Part shown: one piece after another, positions 34,656 through 43,000 of the stretch
Numbering within the stretch: the first letter of the stretch is position 1
Layout: the number at the start of each line of letters is the position of its first letter
Source: Planctomycetota bacterium
Lineage (GTDB): Bacteria; Planctomycetota; J058
Assembly (NCBI GenBank): GCA_023954375.1
Contig: JAMLIC010000006.1
Coordinates: forward strand, 18,972 to 82,971
Reading direction: 5' to 3'
DNA length: 64,000 nt
Notes under the pieces: model-generated
What the model saw: only the letters and a program-made list of their open reading frames with translations
Databases searched by the model: none
Told to the model about the DNA's origin: nothing
Made by a program: the position numbers and the translations under genes

Positions 34656-34800
34656 CGCTGTTCAGCTTTTAGCTGTTAGCTGTTAGCTTTTGGCTCTTGG
34701 CCTTTAGCTCTCATTGGCCTCTCCTACTCTCAGGAGGCATGCAGCCGTCAAAGGCCAAGAGCTAACAGCTAACAGCTAAAAGCTAACAGCTAAAAGCTAC
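34656..34800. repeat. low-GC composite palindrome: inverted arrays of ~7 heptamer repeats (AGCTGTT/AGCTTTT...) flanking a ~35-bp spacer that itself contains CTCCT..AGGAG
   Basis: Left array 34664-34710 (agctttt agctgtt agctgtt agctttt ggctctt ggccttt agctctc). Right array 34747-34800 is its approximate reverse complement (gctaaca gctaaca gctaaaa gctaaca gctaaaa gct). GC is about 45% against ~74% around it. Directly abuts the IS91-family element. Confidence 0.85.
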
Positions 34801-35174
34801 AAGCTCCCACAGCACTTCGCATCGCCCTAACCAAGAGGCGATTGAGAGTCGCTCGCGGCGAGCACGGCCTCGCCCGGCCGGGCGCCTGCCCCGCGAGCGG
34901 CGAGCAATCGACGGGTTGAACTATGCCGCTGCGCGGCGGCGGTCGTTCGCGTGAGCCGCCCGGCTATGTGCAGATTGGCGGTCAGCGGGAGGGGCGAGGC
35001 TGTCTTGGCACGGGTCGCGAGCGAGGATCTTCGACGAGTCGGCACGCGACGGGGAGCGGGGCGGCCGACGCAAGTCCTTGGGCGGAGGTGCCGAGGACGT
35101 GGACCGCCGAGACCGGCGGCCCGAGGAAGGACGCGGCGGGGGAGTGGGCGGGGTCGTGGCGAGGCGCTGCGTCG

Positions 35175-36395
35175 TCACGTGTCCGGCTCCGGAAGGGGCG
35201 CCGACGCGATCTCGCCGGTGGCGGCGTTGATGGCGAAGCGGCGCAGGAAGCCCACCTTGCACGCGGGACAGCGACGCGGGTCGGTGCCGGTGAGGCGCTC
35301 GAGGAGCTCGCGCACCGTCGAGGGCACGGGTTCGGGGTTGGTCGTCTCGCCCTCGGCTGCGAGGACGGCGCGAGCCTGTTCGAGCTTGGTGTTGACGTTG
35401 CTCGGGGCGTGCACCCCGTAGTGCCGGATCTTCACGAAGCGGGCCGGCAGGATGTGCTGGAGGAAGCGGCGGATGAACTCGACGCCGGAGATCGTCGCCG
35501 TCTCGCCGTTCTTGGTGCTGAAGGTGACGTCCTCGGCGTCCATTTCGAGCAGGCGGTGGTTGGACATGCCCACGCGGTGGGTGTAGAGGCCGAGGTAGCG
35601 GAAGACCTGCTTGGGGCCGGCGAAGGGGCGCTTGGCGTAGACGACCCACTTCTTGCGATGGAGGCGGTCCTTGAGCTCGGCGAAGGCGTGGCGCTCGACC
35701 TCGACGTCGTCGCCGAGGTCGAGCTGGCCGTCGTCGACGAGCTGCGTGAGCCTGGCGAGGAACTTGCCCCGGAAGAGCGCGGAGAGCACCTTCACGGGGA
35801 AGAGGAACCGGCTGCGGCCGCCCGCGCTCACCCAGCGCGAGCCGTCCGGCGAGAGGCCGCCGCCGGTCACGATGCAGTGGGCGTGGGGGTGGTAGCCGAG
35901 GTCGCGCCGCCAGGTGTGGAGCACGGCGGTGATGCCGGGCGTGGCGCCGAGCCACTTCGGATCGGCGGCGAGGTCGAGGAGCGTGCGCGAGGCCGTGTCG
36001 AAGAGGAGCTTGTAGAAGACCCGCTGGTTGCGCCGCGCGAGCTGCTGGAGCTCGCTCGGTAGGGTGAAGACGACGTGGAAGTAGGGGACCGGCAGGACGC
36101 GCCGCATGCGCTCGAGGACCCACTTCGCCTGCCGGAGGCTCTGGCACTTCATGCAGTGCCGGTCCAGGCACGAGTTGTAGGCGGGCACCTCGTGTCCGCA
36201 GTGGTCGCAGACATCGAGGTGCCCGCCCTTGGCCGCCGTGCGGCACGCCACGATGGCGTCGAACGCGCGCTGCTGGCCGAACGTGGGTACGTAGCGAGAG
36301 CGGTACGCCTCGCCGAAGGCGCGGAACACGTCCGCCACCTCGAAGCGAGGGCGTTGCCGTTCGAGCTCGAGGGTGCAGCGCGCGTCGCGCTGCAC
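35175..36395 (-). CDS. IS91 family transposase (HUH Y2 rolling-circle transposase)
   Basis: 406 aa. N-terminal zinc-binding cysteines (CDHCGHE…CLDRHCMKC). HUH motif VLHTWRRDLGYHPHAH. Paired catalytic tyrosines FRYLGLYTHRV (Y-x3-Y). C-terminal CPACK. Confidence 0.9.
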   Translation of the reverse strand: MQRDARCTLELERQRPRFEVADVFRAFGEAYRSRYVPTFGQQRAFDAIVACRTAAKGGHLDVCDHCGHEVPAYNSCLDRHCMKCQSLRQAKWVLERMRRVLPVPYFHVVFTLPSELQQLARRNQRVFYKLLFDTASRTLLDLAADPKWLGATPGITAVLHTWRRDLGYHPHAHCIVTGGGLSPDGSRWVSAGGRSRFLFPVKVLSALFRGKFLARLTQLVDDGQLDLGDDVEVERHAFAELKDRLHRKKWVVYAKRPFAGPKQVFRYLGLYTHRVGMSNHRLLEMDAEDVTFSTKNGETATISGVEFIRRFLQHILPARFVKIRHYGVHAPSNVNTKLEQARAVLAAEGETTNPEPVPSTVRELLERLTGTDPRRCPACKVGFLRRFAINAATGEIASAPLPEPDT

Positions 36396-36401
36396 CGAGC
36401 G

Positions 36402-37328
36402 CTACCCGAGGACTCCGCCGGCTGCCGTGCCGATCAGGTCGAGCGGGCTCTTGCTCGCAGCGATGTGGCGCGTGCTGACGTGCGTGTAGCGCACCGTCGT
36501 GCGGATCGACGCATGGCCGAGGACCGCCTGCACGGTGCGCAGGTCCGCGCCTGACTCAAGGAGATGCGTGGCGAAGGAGTGCCGCAGGACGTGGGGCGTG
36601 ACCCGCTTCGTGAGCCCGCACGCCTCCACCGCGCGCCGGAGCGCGTGGCGGACGGCGCCATAGCTCACGAACCCGTCCGCGCCGTCGCCGGGGAAGAGGC
36701 GCTCGCGCCCCGGCTTGGCCGCCTTCCAGTACTCGCGCAGGAGCAGCAGGAGCCGCTCGCTGAGCATGATGTAGCGGTCCTTCTTTCCCTTACCCTCGCG
36801 GACGCGGAGAACCATGCGCTTGCTGTCGAGGTCCGCGCACGTGAGGCGGCACGCCTCGCTGATCCGGAGGCCGCCGCCGTACGCCGTCGAGAGGATCGCG
36901 CGATGGCGGAGCGACTCGATGGCCGCGAGCAGCTGCTCCACTTCGGTGCCGCTGAGGACGACCGGGAGCGACTTGGGCACCCGTGGCCACGGAATCGTCT
37001 CCACGACCTCGGGGCGCTGGAGCGTCCGCGCGTAGAGGAACTTCAGCGCCGCCACGAACATCTTCAAGCTCTCGGGCCCCACCCCGCGAATCTTGTGCAG
37101 GTGGAGCAGGAAGCAACGGACCTCCGTCTCGCCCAACTCAGCGGGAACGCGCATGTAATGCGCCACGAACGTGTCGGCGCACCGCGTGTACTCCTTGATT
37201 GTCCTGGCCGAGTAGTTCGCGAGCTCGAGGTCCGATACCATGCGGGCGCGGGTCGACTCAGAAAGCATGAGGCACTCCTGGAGCCTCGGGGAGCGGATCT
37301 CCTCGGGACCCCAGGGGCCGACTCGCAC
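36402..37328 (-). CDS. tyrosine site-specific recombinase (phage-integrase/XerD-like) associated with the IS91-family element
   Basis: Catalytic residues in canonical order (R…, HVLRHSFATHLL, GHASIRTTVRYTHV with the nucleophilic Tyr). Start is GTG 37328 or ATG 37268. Six nt downstream of it is the transposase start. Confidence 0.85.
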   Translation of the reverse strand: MRVGPWGPEEIRSPRLQECLMLSESTRARMVSDLELANYSARTIKEYTRCADTFVAHYMRVPAELGETEVRCFLLHLHKIRGVGPESLKMFVAALKFLYARTLQRPEVVETIPWPRVPKSLPVVLSGTEVEQLLAAIESLRHRAILSTAYGGGLRISEACRLTCADLDSKRMVLRVREGKGKKDRYIMLSERLLLLLREYWKAAKPGRERLFPGDGADGFVSYGAVRHALRRAVEACGLTKRVTPHVLRHSFATHLLESGADLRTVQAVLGHASIRTTVRYTHVSTRHIAASKSPLDLIGTAAGGVLG

Positions 37329-37459
37329 TTACGGTCAGTGACCACCTCCTGCGGCCCCGGGGATAGCGCCCCCGGGGTCGCAGGAGCGTCTCCGCTCACC
37401 CCGCGCTGCGCGACAGGCCTTCGTGGGCCAGCCCGCCAGCTGCCGCGCAGCGGCTTAGT

Positions 37460-38599
37460 TCAACGCCCCAGGAACGCCTCGACCTGCCCGCGGACGTCCA
37501 TGCCGTCCTTGTAGCCCAGCTCGAGCAGGCGCGTCGTGTAGGTCTCCTCGAACGACAGGTAGCTGAGCACCTCGGACGCCTCCTCGGGGCTGCCCATGCC
37601 GCGCAGCAGGTAGCGCAGGACGCGCGGGAGGTGCCAGGCCTCGTCGCTGGCGATGTGCCCCAGGTCCTCCGAGGGCTGGATCGAGAGGAGCTCGATCGGC
37701 CGCGCCGGGGCGCCGGCCGGGACCATCCCGGTGACCTCGAGCATGCGGTTGACGCCGTTCAGGCGCTCGACGTCGTAGTCGACGGCGTCGAAGAACACGG
37801 CGTTGAGGAGCACGCCGAGGATCCGCGCGATCGTCGGCTGCACCGGCCAGGCCGCGTCGTCGTGCGGCCCCGGCCGGCGCCGCACGCCGACGACGATCAG
37901 CCGGTCCGCGCCCAGGTGGATCGCGGGCGAGAGCGGCGCCGTGTTGCGCAGGCAGCCGTCGCCGTAGAACGCGCCGTCCACCTCGACCGGCTCGAAGAAG
38001 ATCGGGATCGCCGACGACGCCATGACGTGCTCGACGCCGAGGGTCACCTCGCGGCTGAGCCGCCGCCGTCGCCGCCAGGGCCGGACCCGCCCGGCCGACT
38101 CGTAGAAGGTGGTCGTGTGGGCCGAGGCGTAGTCGGTCGCCGTCAGGGCCACCCCCGAGAGCACCCCCTGCTCGACGTTGCGCCGCAGGCTGGTGAACGG
38201 CACGGTCTCGGCGAGCAGCCGCCGCAGGGGGCGGGTGTCGAGGAGCGCCGTCGCCGGCGCGCCGCCGACGACCGGGCTCACGGTCAGCGTCCGCATCCAG
38301 CGCGCGCCGATGCGCCCGAGCGCGAGCGGGCTCGTGTCGTAGACCATCTCGGGCCGGAGCCGCCCCCACAGCTCGCACAGCCGGCGCGCCCCGCCGAGGA
38401 AGTCGTGGCCGAACGCGCCCAGGAAGGCGGCGTTGATCGCCCCCGCGCTCACCCCGGCGATCGCCCTGAACGGCGCCGCGATCCCCAGGTCGGCGGCGAT
38501 CTCGGCGAGCGCCCGCGCCACCCCCGCCTGGTACGCCCCCCGCGCGCCGCCGCCGGAGAGGACGAGGCCCATCGGCACGACCGACCGCGAGAGGACCAC
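37460..38599 (-). CDS. patatin-like phospholipase
   Basis: GGGxRG oxyanion motif (LSGGGARGAYQAG), nucleophile elbow GVSAG, catalytic DG (FYGDG). Likely start ATG 38572. Stop codon TAA lies inside the IS right inverted repeat. Confidence 0.85.
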   Translation of the reverse strand: MVLSRSVVPMGLVLSGGGARGAYQAGVARALAEIAADLGIAAPFRAIAGVSAGAINAAFLGAFGHDFLGGARRLCELWGRLRPEMVYDTSPLALGRIGARWMRTLTVSPVVGGAPATALLDTRPLRRLLAETVPFTSLRRNVEQGVLSGVALTATDYASAHTTTFYESAGRVRPWRRRRRLSREVTLGVEHVMASSAIPIFFEPVEVDGAFYGDGCLRNTAPLSPAIHLGADRLIVVGVRRRPGPHDDAAWPVQPTIARILGVLLNAVFFDAVDYDVERLNGVNRMLEVTGMVPAGAPARPIELLSIQPSEDLGHIASDEAWHLPRVLRYLLRGMGSPEEASEVLSYLSFEETYTTRLLELGYKDGMDVRGQVEAFLGR

Positions 38600-38696
38600 C
38601 CGGCGTCACCTCCGGGCTGGACCATAGCACGTCAGCTGTCCGAAGACGTAAGCGCTCCACCCGCCGCCGTCACGGTCGCCGTCCCGCCCCCGGTAG

Positions 38697-40079
38697 TCAC
38701 TGCGCCGACGGCGTCGACCTCGGTCCGGAGCGCTGCGCGCCTGACGATGGCGTGAGGCGAGGAGGGCGGTGCTCGATCCGAGCGCCGAGCTGGCGAGCGC
38801 GCCCATGGAGCCATGCGTCGAGGCTGCCGCCCATGTCGCCCTGCTGGGCCGCCGCGCGCAGGTGCTCGCGCTCTGACCGCTGGTCACGATGCGCGTCGGC
38901 CGCGAGCGCCAGGAGGGCGTGCGCCTCATGGAGCTGGACGGACCGATTGCGAGGACCCGCCGCGTCCTGGGCGCACCTCAGGAAGTCGTCGTCCGAGAGT
39001 CGCCCCAGCAGCCACGTGTACACGGCGCGCGCCCAGGGAGAGCTCGTGACCGGCGGCTCCGACGACGGGGGCCCGCCAAGGAGCGCGGCCCAGGTCCAGT
39101 CGAAGCCGTCGCCCGGTGCGACCTCGCCGAACGCCTGCCGCGCGCGTGCCCTGTCTCCGTCGAGCAGCGCCTGGAGGGCCTGCGCCAGACGCAGGCCGCC
39201 GTCTCGCTGGCCTGGCTCCCCGGCCAGACCGAGGTCATCGGCGGCGAGCGGATCTCCTCGGATCACGCGCGCGCCCCACCGCGCCACGAGCAGAGCGCTC
39301 GAGGCCTTCCTGTCCTTCGCCCTGGCGATGGCCTCCGTCAGCGACACGATCGCGCCCTCGAGCTCGCCTCGCTGACGCAGCAGCGTCGCGCGGAAGAGCG
39401 CCACCTCGGGTTCGTCCCCCGCCCCCTCGAGGGCGGTGAGCGCGCCGTCGACGTCCCATCGCTCGGCGAGCGCCTCGGCGTGCAGCACGTGGAGCACGTC
39501 GCCGCGCCGCCCCTGAGCGCGGACGATGTGCCCCACCTCCTCGAACGCGGCGTCCGCGGCGGGCTCATCGTCGATCGCGTCGGCGGTCTGACCCATCAGG
39601 AGCCACGCCCGCGCCCGCCACTCCGGAGCGCCGTAGCCGCTGCCGACTCGCTGCTCCCTCTCCGTGAGCTCCAGCACCTTGCAGGCATCCGAGTGCGCCT
39701 GCCGGCGCGCGCCACGCCGCTGGTGAGCGGACGCCCGCAGGTAGTAGGCGAACGCGTCGTCCGGGGCGCACGCGAGCGCATCGTCGGTCAGCGAGACGAC
39801 GGCCTCGAGATCCCCCGCCGCGAGACGGGCCGACGCACGCTCGAGGAGCTCCGGCGTCGGGTCCGGGATCCCGTCCCAGGTGAGGTTGAACACCCATCCC
39901 CAGCCCCAGGCGACGAACCGGCGCCACCACCCGAGCGACGGCGCGGCCGACTCGCAGCCGAGGGTCGGGCAGCGACGGGCCTGGTCCCAGCACGCGGCGT
40001 GGAGCCACGTTCGACATCGCGGACACGCGACCTCGGGCGCGCCATCGTGGCAGAAGGCGCAGCGCTGCGGGCCGTTCAT
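38697..40079 (-). CDS. hypothetical protein with N-terminal Cys-rich zinc-ribbon-like region and TPR-like helical body
   Basis: N-terminus CAFCHD…CPRCRTWLHAACW…CPTLGC. The remainder is Ala/Leu/Asp-rich helical repeats. Start is 7 nt downstream of the giant TPR gene stop, same strand. Confidence 0.55.
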   Translation of the reverse strand: MNGPQRCAFCHDGAPEVACPRCRTWLHAACWDQARRCPTLGCESAAPSLGWWRRFVAWGWGWVFNLTWDGIPDPTPELLERASARLAAGDLEAVVSLTDDALACAPDDAFAYYLRASAHQRRGARRQAHSDACKVLELTEREQRVGSGYGAPEWRARAWLLMGQTADAIDDEPAADAAFEEVGHIVRAQGRRGDVLHVLHAEALAERWDVDGALTALEGAGDEPEVALFRATLLRQRGELEGAIVSLTEAIARAKDRKASSALLVARWGARVIRGDPLAADDLGLAGEPGQRDGGLRLAQALQALLDGDRARARQAFGEVAPGDGFDWTWAALLGGPPSSEPPVTSSPWARAVYTWLLGRLSDDDFLRCAQDAAGPRNRSVQLHEAHALLALAADAHRDQRSEREHLRAAAQQGDMGGSLDAWLHGRARQLGARIEHRPPRLTPSSGAQRSGPRSTPSAQ

Positions 40080-40086
40080 GGTCTGG

Positions 40087-43000
40087 CTACCCCCGCGCCA
40101 GCTTCTTCCTCAGCTCCAGGTACCCCGGCGACACCGAGAACGCGAGCAGGTCGCGCAGCTCGGGGACGTCGCGGAACGCCTTGACCACGCCCTCGGTCTT
40201 CGTCGGCACGCGGCCGCGCAGCGACACGTTCGTGGCCAGGATCGCCTTCACGGCGGGCAGGGGGCCGCCGGCGGCGAGGAGGCCGGCGCGGCTGGCGGCG
40301 AGGAGGACGCCCTGGCGGAAGCCCTCGAGGTCGAGCTGGTCGCGCCCGCGCCAGAGCGCCTCGTGGACCGGCGCCAGCTCGCGCAGGACCTCGGAGGCCT
40401 TGCCCGCGGCCTTGACCATGGCGCGCACGGCCTTGTCGTCGTCGCCCTTGAACGCGCGCCCCGCCTCGCACGCCTTGAGGAGGCCCAGGAGGAGGCCGCG
40501 CACCTGCTCGAGCGGCAGGGCGCGGAAGACCTCGAGGCCGAGCTTGAGCGGGGCCACGGCGCGGGCGATCACGAAGGCCTTCTCGGGCTCGGAGAGCCCG
40601 GCGAACACCTCGGGGCAGAGGATGAGCGACGGCGTCTTCGAGTGGCCGAGGACCGGCTCGGGGCGGCGCCAGTCGGGCATCCAGTAGATGTCGAGCTGCG
40701 AGATGTCGAGCAGGTCGCACACCCGCTTGACCAGCCGGTGCTCGGGGAAGAGGTCGCCCTCGAGCGTGAGGCGCGCGCTCAGCCAGCCGATCCCGTGGCT
40801 CTTGAGGTCGTCGGGCACCTGCCGGAGGAGGAGCCCGCCGGCCGCGCGGACGAGGTCGCCGAGCGGCCCCTTGCAGGCGTCGGGCAGGAGCCGGGCGGCG
40901 AAGGCCTCGTCCTTCAGCCGCCCGCGCAGCGACGGGAGCTGACCGGCGGCGGCCGCGACCGCCCCCTCCTCCTCGGCCGTCGTCGCGCGCAGGACCGACA
41001 GCGCCTGCAAGGCCTGCCCCAGCGGGTCGGCCCTGCCGCCGGCGCGCCAGCCGTCGGCGAGGGCGCGGTAGGACTCGACCAGCAGCGGGTCCTCGGCCAG
41101 GAGCTCGCGCTGGACGCGCTCGATCCCGGCCACGTCCTTCAGCTCCAGGTAGAGCCGCGACAGCGCCGCCCGCGCGCCCGAGTGCCCGGGCTCGAGCTCG
41201 AGGACCCGCTCGTACTCCGCGGCCGCCTCGGGGGCGAGCCGCTGCTGGGCCAGGAGGTCCGCGCGGCGCAGGCGCAGCGCCGCCTCGTCGCCCTTGCCCC
41301 GCAGGGCGTCGGCCGCGACCCCGAGGGCGCGCGCCTGCGCCTCGAGGTCGCCCTCCGCCTCGAGCAGCCGCAGGAGCGAGTCGAGGGTGTGCCGCTCGCG
41401 CGGGTCGAGCACGAAGGCCTGGTGGAAGCAGCGGCGGGCGAGCTTGCGCTGCTTGAGGCGGTCGCGCACGACGCGCGCCAGGTTGGCGTAGAGCTCCGCG
41501 CGCTTGCGCCGGTCGGTCTCCAGCTCGATCGCCCGCGTCAGCTGCCGGACGGCGGCGCTCCAGCGCTCGGCGCGCCCGTGGATCTCTGCCAGGCGCCGCG
41601 CCGTGCGCGCCCGGTGCTCGCCGTCGATCGCGAGCGTCGCCTGGAGGTGCGCCGCGGCGGCGTCCGCGTCGCCGAGCGCGAGCTCGCAGACGTCGGCGAG
41701 CGCGAGCCGCGCCTGCACCTCGACCTGCGGCGGCGCCCCCGCGAGCGCGTACTCCAGGTGCCGCCGCGCCTCGCGCGGGTCCTTGCTCTCCAGCAGCTTG
41801 CCCAGCTCGAGCTGCGCCTGGGGGCTCCGCGGCGCCACGCGCAGGCCGCTCCGGTAGAGCTCGAGCGCCCGGTCGGTCTCCTTGAGCTTCGACAGCACGC
41901 GCGCGAGCACGAGCTGATGCTCGGCCCGGGCCACCGGCGGCCGCGTCTGGGCCACCAGCTCCTCGTAGACGCCGCGCGCCGCCGCCCAGCCGCCGCCCTG
42001 GACGCACAGCCGGCCCAGGTCCTCGAGCGCCGCGAGGTGGTCGGGGACGAGCTCGAGCGCCTGCCGATAGCTCTGGGCGGCCCCCTCGGCCCGGCCGGCG
42101 CGCTCGAGGAGCTGGCCCCGGGCCCACAGGAGCTCGGCCCCGCGCTGGGGGTCCTTCGGCAGCTCCGGCGAGCTGGCGACCCGCTCGAGGCAGGAGAGCG
42201 CGGCCGCCGCGTCGTCGGCGGCCCACGCCAGCTCGGCGAGCGCCGCGAGCGCCGGGAACAGGGTCGGCGAGCGCTGCAGCGCCTGCTCGTAGCGCTGGCG
42301 CGCGGCGGGGAACTGCCCGAGCGCCTCCCGCCGCACGTCGCCCGCGCGCACGAGCGCCTGCGCGGCGTCGCGCGGGTCCTGCTCGAGGTCGGCGACCTGG
42401 TCCTCGAGGCGCGCCAGCGCGTCCGCCGCCGACTCGTCGGCGCCGAGCGCGCCGGCGCCGCGGGCGTGCAGCGCGCGCGCCAGGCCCTTGAGCGCCGGCA
42501 GGTGCGTCGGCGCCAGGCCGATCGCCTCGCGGTAGCGCGCCTCCGCGCCCGCCACGTCGCCTCGCCGCTCGAGGAGCCCGGCGATCCTGGCGAGCAGGTC
42601 GCCGCGCTTGAACTCGGTCCGCGCGTGGGCGACGGCCTGCTCGTAGGTGCCGAGGAGGTCGTCCCACAGCCCGGCCGCCTCCTGCGCCGCCCCGAGCTGC
42701 GCGAGCGCCGCCTCGTGCGCCGGGTCGGCCTTGAAGGCCTCCGCCAGGGCCTCGAGCGCCTGCGCCTCCTTGCCCTTGCCCGGGCGGCGCCGCAGGACCT
42801 CGACCACCTCGACGAGGGCGTCCGCCCGCTCGGTCCCCTCGCGCAGCCCGGCGAGCCGCTTGAGCGCCCGGACCAGCGCCGCCTCGCCCTTGGCGTCGCG
42901 CGCCGTCCGCCGCAGGACCGTCACCGCGAGCAGCGCCGCCTCGATGCAGCGCGCGTCCTGCCCCAGCGCCTCCTCCGCGGCCTTCAGCGCCTCCTCCGGC

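Larger units (their letters stand above)
34911..37468 (-). mobile_element. IS91-family (rolling-circle HUH-Y2) insertion sequence carrying an additional tyrosine recombinase gene; ~18-bp imperfect inverted ends
   Basis: Ends GCGGCATAGTTCAACCCG (revcomp of 34911-34928) and GCGGCTTAGTTCAACGCC (37451-37468). Subterminal 15-bp-stem hairpin at 37348-37384 (terIS-like). Lower GC than the flanks. Contains the transposase and integrase ORFs. The right end overlaps the stop codon of the patatin gene. Confidence 0.7.

Noticed and set aside
34640-34920. Possible tRNA or small RNA gene in the low-GC stretch next to the integrase/transposase
   Set aside because: No cloverleaf-compatible segment was found (no acceptor-stem/T-arm complementarity, no GTTC-R-A-NNC T-loop in the right context). 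The structure is instead a long symmetric heptamer palindrome.
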